Of a DNA stretch of 25,910 bases, positions 19,874 through 25,686 are shown piece by piece. Position numbers and translations under genes: made by a program. The DNA is from a virus (taxonomy: Duplodnaviria; Caudoviricetes). The notes beneath the pieces were generated by a model. The model searched no databases. It was not told the DNA's origin and saw only the letters and a list, made by a program, of their open reading frames with translations. The stretch spans positions 1-25,910 of IMG/VR virus record IMGVR_UViG_3300032272_000065; one strand, written 5' to 3'. Position 1 is the stretch's first letter. Every line of letters begins with the position of its first letter.

Positions 19874-19892
19874 AGTTAACAAGTAGTTATGT
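19874..19892 (+). other. attI-like simple site
   Basis: AGTTAAC-aagta-GTTATGT: inverted L and R boxes with a 5 bp spacer and no attC hairpin, at the 5' end of the attC array. Confidence 0.65.
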
Positions 19893-19894
19893 GT

Positions 19895-20104
19895 TCAGTC
19901 TGCTATAAATTCCCAGGTGTCATCACCGCACTGTACGGTATTAGGTTTTAGGGTGTTGCCTCTTATTCTCTGTACCCCATCCCTGTCGCCACATATTTTC
20001 TCCGCTTTCCTCAATTGGTGGGGGGTTATATCAGTGCAGCCCACACATAACAAAAAAATCAAGCAGATTGCCAGAACGGGTGCGAGTTTAGTTAATTTTC
20101 TCAT
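19895..20104 (-). CDS. Small lipoprotein (cassette 1)
   Basis: Signal peptide with lipobox LCVGC; AGGAG RBS inside attC1. Confidence 0.8.
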   Translation of the reverse strand: MRKLTKLAPVLAICLIFLLCVGCTDITPHQLRKAEKICGDRDGVQRIRGNTLKPNTVQCGDDTWEFIAD

Positions 20105-20168
20105 GTCAATTACTCCTGTGTTTAAGTGCCGCCACCATCTGGCAACGGCTTATTATAGGTCGTTAAAT
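20045..20168 (+). other. attC-like site 1 (124 bp)
   Basis: ACATAAC-5-AATCAAGC...TTGCCAGA / TCTGGCAA...GCTTATT-7-GTTAAAT; near-identical to site 8. Confidence 0.88.
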
Positions 20169-20396
20169 GCCTGTTTCAAAGAAACTTGTTTTCCCGCATT
20201 GCCAGCAATGGGCAGTATAAAATTTTACAGACCAGTGTTTCTCGTCAGGTTCTTCTCGGTCATAAAATACTTCAAACTTCTCAACACTTCTCGAAAGCAC
20301 ACTATCCACGGCGCAGTGCTGGCATTTAACCAGCGTATCAACGCGGACTTCGTCCACGGTTGCGGGTTGCGTCATTATTACTTTTTTAACGTCCAT
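20163..20396 (-). CDS. Small zinc-ribbon-like protein (cassette 2)
   Basis: CQHC and CWQC motifs; GGGGTG upstream of the ATG at 20396 (alternative start 20417); stop overlaps the GTTA core. Confidence 0.7.
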   Translation of the reverse strand: MDVKKVIMTQPATVDEVRVDTLVKCQHCAVDSVLSRSVEKFEVFYDREEPDEKHWSVKFYTAHCWQCGKTSFFETGI

Positions 20397-20455
20397 TTTT
20401 ATCACCCCATCACACATAGCTTGTCACCCCTCGCCGGTTATCCTTAATGTTAAAT
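20324..20455 (+). other. attC-like site 2 (132 bp)
   Basis: ATTTAAC-5-TATCAACGCGG ... CCGGTTATC-6-GTTAAAT. Confidence 0.78.
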
Positions 20456-20464
20456 GCCGCCAAA

Positions 20465-20704
20465 TTATTGTTTCATTTCAGCTAACATACCCCGTAAAAC
20501 TTCCACGCTGCCTCTCAACCATTCAGGAGTAGTCTTGTTATTTTCAAGCCTCTCCAGAATTACGGTAGTCAAAGTGGTTGCCATAAATAATTTGTTGGCA
20601 TTTAACCCGTCAATTAAGCGGGAATTACTGGCTTGGTGTTCATCTAAACACACAGCACACACAGCTACGTTAGCTTCTCTTAATTTACATATTGGGCAAA
20701 TCAT
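20465..20704 (-). CDS. Small protein with N-terminal CxxC...CxxC (cassette 3)
   Basis: MICPICK...VCAVC; GGGGA RBS before the ATG at 20704; the longer track ORF overlaps the next gene. Confidence 0.7.
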   Translation of the reverse strand: MICPICKLREANVAVCAVCLDEHQASNSRLIDGLNANKLFMATTLTTVILERLENNKTTPEWLRGSVEVLRGMLAEMKQ

Positions 20705-20732
20705 CGTAATCCCCTTATTGCTATCGTTATAA
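20600..20732 (+). other. attC-like site 3 (133 bp)
   Basis: ATTTAAC-5-AATTAAGCGGGAATTAC ... GTAATCCCCTTATT-6-GTTATAA. Confidence 0.85.
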
Positions 20733-20906
20733 ACCTGCCAAATTATCAAGGTTAACCAAAACCTCCATCTCCTTGTTGTCCTTGTCTGCAACGCATATCC
20801 CAACATCTTCATCAAGATAAATTTCGCAGTTATATTCTTCCAGCAAGGCTAATATTTTCTCGGTAAATTCGTCAACATCTCGCCATCCCTCAACTCTTCT
20901 TTTCAT
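20727..20906 (-). CDS. Small acidic hypothetical protein (cassette 4)
   Basis: MKRRVEGW...; AAGGTG upstream of the ATG at 20906; stop overlaps the GTTA core. Confidence 0.65.
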   Translation of the reverse strand: MKRRVEGWRDVDEFTEKILALLEEYNCEIYLDEDVGICVADKDNKEMEVLVNLDNLAGL

Positions 20907-20929
20907 CCTAATCACCTTCCCGTATGGGT

Positions 20930-21015
20930 TTATAACAAAATAATTAATCTGAGCCGTACAAGTAAGCGGCCTGCGGTATTTCTCCGTGGCGGCCAGCTTA
21001 TTATCGGCGTTATAA
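20930..21015 (+). other. attC-like site 4 (86 bp)
   Basis: TTATAAC-5-AATTAATCTGAGCCG ... CGGCCAGCTTATT-6-GTTATAA. Confidence 0.83.
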
Positions 21016-21040
21016 ACCCGTTCTAACAGGTTGGGCAGGG

Positions 21041-21619
21041 CTAGTTCGTTTTGTTGGCCCATTGCTCAACAATCGCCTTTGCCACACCGTCAAACGTTTT
21101 ACTCCTGTCCCGTTTCCGGGTTTCGCTTGGGGGCATCTTCCACACTCGCTGTTCTCTACCGTCCACAATGTTTGTCGGCTTCAGTGGCTCCAAGTTGTGC
21201 AGAGCAAATCCGGTCTTTTTAGTTTCTCCGTGTCCATGCTCCCACGGTTGCAGATAAAAAACGTTCGGCAAGTGGCTAAATATTACGCTCACGGGGTTTT
21301 CAAGCGCCACCCTGTCACTGTGCAGTACAGCCAGTTCCCAAAGCCGCTTAGTCCATTCTACTTGTGCCAGCCGCTTGTCGTTCATCGGCATCCCTTTTCC
21401 GTACCACCTGTTTCCACTCACAGCCATTGCGGTGCAGTCAGGGTGCAATATTATCAAATCCCAATATCTGGATGGCACTACCTGCATTATGTCCTGTTGC
21501 AAGTGCCATTCTGGGTTTCCCCTTGTCGGCTCAAGGTCACAGCTAAAAGCCTCGTGTTCTGCTTCCCGCAATGCTTTTGTAATTGTCTGGCTCTCTTCAC
21601 ACCCGACTAAAACAATCAC
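21041..21619 (-). CDS. Short phage DNA cytosine methyltransferase-like protein (cassette 5)
   Basis: VLVGCEES, SCDL, WDLIILHPDCT, ALENP, QPWEHGHGETKKT and RSKTF.GVA.AI..QW motifs. Confidence 0.8.
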   Translation of the reverse strand: MIVLVGCEESQTITKALREAEHEAFSCDLEPTRGNPEWHLQQDIMQVVPSRYWDLIILHPDCTAMAVSGNRWYGKGMPMNDKRLAQVEWTKRLWELAVLHSDRVALENPVSVIFSHLPNVFYLQPWEHGHGETKKTGFALHNLEPLKPTNIVDGREQRVWKMPPSETRKRDRSKTFDGVAKAIVEQWANKTN

Positions 21620-21936
21620 TCTTCCAGCCCCATCAGCAAAGAAAATTCATACCTGATCTTTCTAGTCCTTTCTTTAATCCCATCATTGTACGAAGCGTGG
21701 CAGAGATAAATACAAGCCTCTATATCCTCATTTGTCCAATGTGATGGCACACCCATCAGAAGCTCCCCTTTTTTGGGGCAATTAAAATGTTTTCTTGATT
21801 CATCGCTAATCCCTAGATATACCCCATCAATATCACCAAGGTGCTTAGACTTTTCTCTGGTTATCCCCAGATCACTAATCATTTTCAATCCGTACTCTTT
21901 AACTCTCTTTATAAAAAGACCGTTAGTTTTAATCAT
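21616..21936 (-). CDS. Hypothetical protein (cassette 5)
   Basis: AAGGAGG RBS before the ATG at 21936 (MIKTNGLF...); GTGA overlap with the methyltransferase start. Confidence 0.75.
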   Translation of the reverse strand: MIKTNGLFIKRVKEYGLKMISDLGITREKSKHLGDIDGVYLGISDESRKHFNCPKKGELLMGVPSHWTNEDIEACIYLCHASYNDGIKERTRKIRYEFSLLMGLEE

Positions 21937-21991
21937 GCTGTCCTCCTTTAAAGCATATGTATTACTGTTCAATTGCCCGTTAACCTTCGGT

Positions 21992-22078
21992 TTATAACAA
22001 ACAAAATCACTCTGACCGCAAGAACGGTTGCGGCCCCACTTTAGTTCGGTGGGCGGCAGGTGTTTTGCGGCGTTATGT
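21992..22078 (+). other. attC-like site 5 (87 bp)
   Basis: TTATAAC-5-AAATCACTCTGACCGC ... GCGGCAGGTGTTT-6-GTTATGT. Confidence 0.83.
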
Positions 22079-22270
22079 TTCTTCCAAATAATCAGGGTGG
22101 ATATCTTCTGTATTACATTCAATGTCCATATCCTCACCCATTATATCGGCAAGTCCATCAGCAGTATGGTACGTCAAAGGTACACACACAGGTTCGTCTT
22201 TAAGTATGTCAATTACACGAAACTGTCCGTCACAGTAATCAGGCTCTATTCTATATCTTTTTATTTTCAT
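22073..22270 (-). CDS. Small acidic hypothetical protein (cassette 6)
   Basis: AAGGAGGT RBS; stop overlaps the GTTA core. Confidence 0.8.
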   Translation of the reverse strand: MKIKRYRIEPDYCDGQFRVIDILKDEPVCVPLTYHTADGLADIMGEDMDIECNTEDIHPDYLEET

Positions 22271-22283
22271 AATACCTCCTTAA

Positions 22284-22340
22284 ACATAACCAAAAATTCA
22301 AGCGGACGTAAGACACGCCGCTTAATATAGCACGTTATGT
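22284..22340 (+). other. attC-like site 6 (57 bp, minimal 59-be type)
   Basis: ACATAAC-caaaa-ATTCAAGCGGACGT-aagac-ACGCCGCTTAAT-7-GTTATGT; unpaired C and A on top give extrahelical G and T on the bottom strand, as in canonical attC. Confidence 0.92.
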
Positions 22341-22610
22341 TTAAATCTTTTTCCAACCGACAACTTCAATGTTATCTAATTTGTCCAGATCAATATCAAC
22401 ATTTTGCTTGCATGTCGGTTGGCATAATAACCAGCCGTTTTCTCCATCTGGAGGCCAACATACATATTGCCATTCAATACCTTCTCGTTCTTTGCATAAA
22501 ACAAGCACTTGGTCGTCTATATCGTCAGGGATATTCTTAGGGTCAAGCCAACATAACCCGCCGCTTAACGCTGAATTGCTAATGGTTGCGGTTTTAGTTT
22601 CTTCGGTCAT
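22341..22610 (-). CDS. Small hypothetical protein (cassette 7)
   Basis: 89 aa; GGAG and ATG inside attC7; W...P....QVLV...W..V.GW pattern. Confidence 0.75.
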   Translation of the reverse strand: MTEETKTATISNSALSGGLCWLDPKNIPDDIDDQVLVLCKEREGIEWQYVCWPPDGENGWLLCQPTCKQNVDIDLDKLDNIEVVGWKKI

Positions 22611-22680
22611 AGCATCATCTCCAGTTGTTTTATTAATTATCAGTCGCTAACCCGCAATCAGGTTAGCTATTTCGTTATGT
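22551..22680 (+). other. attC-like site 7 (130 bp)
   Basis: ACATAAC-5-GCTTAACGCTGAATTGC ... GCAATCAGGTTAGC-6-GTTATGT. Confidence 0.87.
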
Positions 22681-22682
22681 TC

Positions 22683-22985
22683 TTACCGTTTTTTCCTTCT
22701 TACGGTAGCCGTTCCGCTGCTTGATGATAGCGCACCAACTCCAATGGCAAAGCCAAAGTCATACCACCCACCGTTATTATATATGGCATAAATTGCGGTG
22801 CTATCCGAAAACAGTGATACAAGCCAAGAGAATGGTAAAATCATTCCATGCCACAAACCATACCAAAATCCTACTGGCTGTATAGTTGCGGCACTGTTAA
22901 ATGTGGCGTGGTCGGCGCAGCCAGAACATAACAAAAAAATAAAGCAGATTGCCAGAACGGGTGCGGTTTTAATCATTGCTTTCAT
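22683..22985 (-). CDS. Membrane-associated lipoprotein (cassette 8)
   Basis: Lipobox LCSGC; hydrophobic GFWYGLWHG...NNGGWYDFGF domain; AGGAG RBS inside attC8. Confidence 0.85.
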   Translation of the reverse strand: MKAMIKTAPVLAICFIFLLCSGCADHATFNSAATIQPVGFWYGLWHGMILPFSWLVSLFSDSTAIYAIYNNGGWYDFGFAIGVGALSSSSGTATVRRKKR

Positions 22986-23047
22986 GTCAATTTCTCCTGT
23001 GTTTAGGTGCCACCACCATCTGGCAACGGCTTATTAAATCGTTATGT
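22926..23047 (+). other. attC-like site 8 (122 bp)
   Basis: ACATAAC-5-AATAAAGC...TTGCCAGA / TCTGGCAA..GCTTATT-5-GTTATGT; near-copy of site 1. Confidence 0.88.
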
Positions 23048-23245
23048 TCTAAAAAGGATGCGATTGTCTGGAGCATATTTCGGCTCAGATCGTTCTCGCT
23101 CCATTGGTATTTCTTTACCGTGCGGCTCTTTCGGTGTTGCCCCGCAGCTGGTGCATGTTGGTGTTGGTGGGTAAATTCCTCCCCAGTTACTTGGCACCAT
23201 CACGGCACCGCCACATAATGAGCATGTTCCAATAGTAGTATCCAT
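23042..23245 (-). CDS. Small zinc-ribbon protein (cassette 9)
   Basis: CSLCGG...CTSCGA; AAGGAG RBS; stop overlaps the GTTA core. Confidence 0.8.
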   Translation of the reverse strand: MDTTIGTCSLCGGAVMVPSNWGGIYPPTPTCTSCGATPKEPHGKEIPMERERSEPKYAPDNRILFRT

Positions 23246-23266
23246 CTTTCGAGTCTCCTTTTTAAA

Positions 23267-23359
23267 ACATAACCAGCCTAATTAAAGCAGACGGCTAGAA
23301 GTTTTGCGGCCCATAAGGGGATTTCCTTTTGGGGCCGCTGTTTATTAGCAATGTTGGGC
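23267..23359 (+). other. attC-like site 9 (93 bp)
   Basis: ACATAAC-5-TAATTAAAGCAGACGGC ... GCCGCTGTTTATTA-5-GTTGGGC. Confidence 0.85.
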
Positions 23360-23386
23360 TGCACATACAGTCACAGCCCGTCAGGT

Positions 23387-23674
23387 TTAAACTTCTGCCC
23401 TATCCAGCACGTTGTTTATGCGGTCAATGGAGTTCTCAATAGTCTCCAGTTTCTCCCGCATTTCACTAAACAGTGGGGGGTATTCTCTGGCAACCTTGTC
23501 GCAGCCATCAGGAGATGGGCAGGCAGATTGACATATTGGGTGCAGTTTATCGGCAGTCCTGCAAGCTACCTTCTCTGCTGCGCTGGCAAGTCTGTCTAGG
23601 GCGTTCATAACCTCACGTGCTATCGGGTCTTGTGCGGGTGCTACACATGCTTTACCACTATTACAGTCATCCAT
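23387..23674 (-). CDS. Helical-hairpin/coiled-coil hypothetical protein (cassette 10)
   Basis: 95 aa; GGAGG RBS. Confidence 0.8.
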   Translation of the reverse strand: MDDCNSGKACVAPAQDPIAREVMNALDRLASAAEKVACRTADKLHPICQSACPSPDGCDKVAREYPPLFSEMREKLETIENSIDRINNVLDRAEV

Positions 23675-23700
23675 CTTAAATATCCTCCGTTAAATTAAAA

Positions 23701-23787
23701 GCCCAACCAGTCTAATTAACTCAGACAGGGAGAACTCATGCGGCCTCACCACCATTGGTGGCCCGCTGGTTATTAGTTTTGTTAAAA
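23701..23787 (+). other. attC-like site 10 (87 bp)
   Basis: GCCCAAC-cagt-CTAATTAACTCAGACAGGG ... CCCGCTGGTTATTAG-tttt-GTTAAAA. Confidence 0.85.
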
Positions 23788-23796
23788 AACGCGGAT

Positions 23797-24027
23797 TTAT
23801 TTTTCTATCTGTATGCCATCCCTCAATATATCTTCGGCTAACCAACCGTGGTACTTCCCAGCATCATGTTTTTCAGTATCGGCAATTATCAGTTCAGCTG
23901 TTAGTATTTCGTCTTTTTCAAACATTTTACCCGGCAAAAAACCGATCACCATTGTCACATCCTGTCCGTCTATTGACTTTCTCGGCCCAACATATAGTTT
24001 GGCTGGTATTGGTAAATATTCGTTCAT
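23797..24027 (-). CDS. Small hypothetical protein (cassette 11)
   Basis: 76 aa; GGAGGT RBS. Confidence 0.8.
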   Translation of the reverse strand: MNEYLPIPAKLYVGPRKSIDGQDVTMVIGFLPGKMFEKDEILTAELIIADTEKHDAGKYHGWLAEDILRDGIQIEK

Positions 24028-24052
24028 ATTAGTACCTCCGTGGCGCTATGTT

Positions 24053-24110
24053 TTTTAACCAAAAATTCAAGCGGACGTGTACCACGCACGCTTAATATCG
24101 GTCGTTATGC
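24053..24110 (+). other. attC-like site 11 (58 bp, minimal type)
   Basis: TTTTAAC-caaaa-ATTCAAGCGGACGTG...CACGCACGCTTAAT-7-GTTATGC; related to site 6. Confidence 0.9.
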
Positions 24111-24112
24111 CG

Positions 24113-24355
24113 CTAAAATTTATCTGATTTTCCTGTAAATGGCGTTGTGTATCTAATTCCTATGTTCCCAAAACCATCAACATCACGGCAGACCATGTGC
24201 CATCCAACAATAGGCTCGGTTATATACTCTTCGGCAGTCATTACCTTATGTGCGGCATAACCAGTAAATTCAGGCGAAAAGCTAACGCTTGCGGCCTTGC
24301 TACATTCCGCGCATACAACTCGTCCGTTCATATAATCTTCGCATTGGCAACTCAT
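24113..24355 (-). CDS. Small protein with Cys-rich N-terminus (cassette 12)
   Basis: MSCQC...VCAEC; same GGGGATTACGATG start context as cassette 3. Confidence 0.7.
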   Translation of the reverse strand: MSCQCEDYMNGRVVCAECSKAASVSFSPEFTGYAAHKVMTAEEYITEPIVGWHMVCRDVDGFGNIGIRYTTPFTGKSDKF

Positions 24356-24383
24356 CGTAATCCCCTTATCTCAATCGTTCAAT
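24255..24383 (+). other. attC-like site 12 (129 bp, degenerate/chimeric, terminal)
   Basis: GCATAAC-5-AATTCAGG ... CCTTATC-6-GTTCAAT; right arm shares TCATCGTAATCCCCTTAT with site 3; inner arms pair poorly. Confidence 0.65.
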
Positions 24384-24804
24384 CTTCGGGAAACAACAAT
24401 TCAACCCGCCCAACATAATGTAATTGCATCGCCTCAAGACCACGAGCAAGCTGCTTAGTTTTCATCAAAGATGTTACTGGCAGGATCTCCATAGCCTTGA
24501 TCTTACTCTCGTATGGCAAAGGGTCAATCACGGCCTCACATGTGGCGTTAAACTCCGCATCCTCACCTCTTAGTATTGGCAAAAAGATATGCAGCTTACA
24601 GAGGCATTTTACCCCGTTGTCGGTGTATTCCATTTCCTCTAGTGCTACCTGTGTGCACCACGCATGTAAGAGCGCGTTCTGGTTAAGTGTTCGCGCCTTG
24701 CCAGTGCTTATGGTCACGGTTACGAACTTCTTTTCCTTGAACGCCTTTTTAAGCTGACCGATACACTCTGACAATGTGCGGGTGCTATTTACTTTAAGCT
24801 TCAT
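24379..24804 (-). CDS. ninB: NinB-like recombination accessory protein
   Basis: RTLNQNALLHAW motif, PILR and VTSLM.TKQL...LE pattern; 141 aa. Confidence 0.65.
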   Translation of the reverse strand: MKLKVNSTRTLSECIGQLKKAFKEKKFVTVTISTGKARTLNQNALLHAWCTQVALEEMEYTDNGVKCLCKLHIFLPILRGEDAEFNATCEAVIDPLPYESKIKAMEILPVTSLMKTKQLARGLEAMQLHYVGRVELLFPED

Positions 24805-24806
24805 GG

Positions 24807-25118
24807 TTAATCGTTCCCGTAAAATGATATGAACACATTTTTGTCAGATTTAGGATGCACCGACACAAAGTTAAGATCTTCATGGTAATCAATATCGCAA
24901 CTCCTAAGATTAAACCCAATACCACCCCTTCCGTAACCACCAAACAAACTAGTCCCTTCGCTCCTCACTGTAATCCTGTCGTCAAAAACCTCAAATTGGG
25001 TCGGCCTACCCTTCTTGTTCATGATTAGAAAATGATCGCATCCGCAGAACCTAAGTCTAAACCCTATCTTACTAAGCATCCCCGCCAACTTGTCAGTGTG
25101 TTCTGGCAAAACATCCAT
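24807..25118 (-). CDS. Hypothetical protein
   Basis: 103 aa; GGAGG RBS; tightly packed in the operon. Confidence 0.75.
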   Translation of the reverse strand: MDVLPEHTDKLAGMLSKIGFRLRFCGCDHFLIMNKKGRPTQFEVFDDRITVRSEGTSLFGGYGRGGIGFNLRSCDIDYHEDLNFVSVHPKSDKNVFISFYGND

Positions 25119-25122
25119 CTTG

Positions 25123-25392
25123 TCAACCTCCTCCGTTAAATTCTGTGCAAGTAGTTTCTGGGATTAAATAACCAGAGCTGTCTATAGTCATGCCCAGAGT
25201 TCTTGTTGAGTTCATCGACGTGCAATTATTCCATACCTCAAGCACTGCGGCTATGTTCCTTTGCTTCTCCGTTATGACTGCGGCTTTGGTTATGTCGATA
25301 TTGTTTTGCCGCAATATAGGGCCTAGAAGCAATCCTGTTATGATGACTACACATATAAATATGAAAAACGCTCTTAATGGATTATCTCTCAT
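25123..25392 (-). CDS. Small membrane-anchored protein
   Basis: N-terminal TM segment AFFIFICVVIITGLLLG; AAGGT RBS. Confidence 0.75.
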   Translation of the reverse strand: MRDNPLRAFFIFICVVIITGLLLGPILRQNNIDITKAAVITEKQRNIAAVLEVWNNCTSMNSTRTLGMTIDSSGYLIPETTCTEFNGGG

Positions 25393-25416
25393 GTTGTTAC
25401 CTTGTAAGGGGTGGGG

Positions 25417-25647
25417 TTAATAGTTGCCATCATTCAAAACACGGCACAGTCTACCGCCATGTATCGGCAGAGGTTTAAGGTTGTTATTTGTTAACTCAGA
25501 CCCATCTGACGCTAAACCGGTCAACCCGCAATTCTTCAACTCCTTAACTAGCCAGTGCAAAGCTACCGCCTCGCTCTCAGCCACAACTACAGCGGCGCAC
25601 CCAACTGGCCAGTGACCTTCAAAGTCTGTGCATGTCCAAGCTCTCAC
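25417..25647 (-). CDS. Small phage hypothetical protein
   Basis: GTG start with GGAGG RBS; FEGHWPVG.AAVVVA motif. Confidence 0.75.
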   Translation of the reverse strand: MRAWTCTDFEGHWPVGCAAVVVAESEAVALHWLVKELKNCGLTGLASDGSELTNNNLKPLPIHGGRLCRVLNDGNY

Positions 25648-25686
25648 AACCTACCTCCATATTTATACTGGCTTTACTAGCTGGCG

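Larger units (their letters stand above)
19874..24383 (+). mobile_element. Integron-like gene cassette array (12 cassettes, integrase absent from window, all ORFs antisense)
   Basis: 12 co-oriented attC-like imperfect palindromes; each cassette is bounded by mutually complementary GTT/AAC cores. Confidence 0.88.

Noticed and set aside
21937-22137. N-terminal extensions of track ORFs 21616-22137, 20727-21062 and 20465-20815
   Set aside because: They run through attC sites into neighbouring genes; internal ATGs at 21936, 20906 and 20704 have better RBSs.
19874-24383. CRISPR array or REP-type repeats
   Set aside because: Repeats are 57-133 bp, divergent, separated by whole genes, and have attC anatomy.
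20045-24383. Hairpins as only terminators or T7-like RNase III sites
   Set aside because: They lack U tracts, and this would not explain AAC cores matching the GTT core of the previous site. A secondary RNA-processing role is still possible.
19917-24418. + strand ORFs in the array (e.g. 19917-20447, 21062-21610, 22028-22330) as the true cassette genes
   Set aside because: No recognisable motifs or clear RBS, and several cross cassette boundaries; the - strand ORFs have strong RBSs and family motifs.
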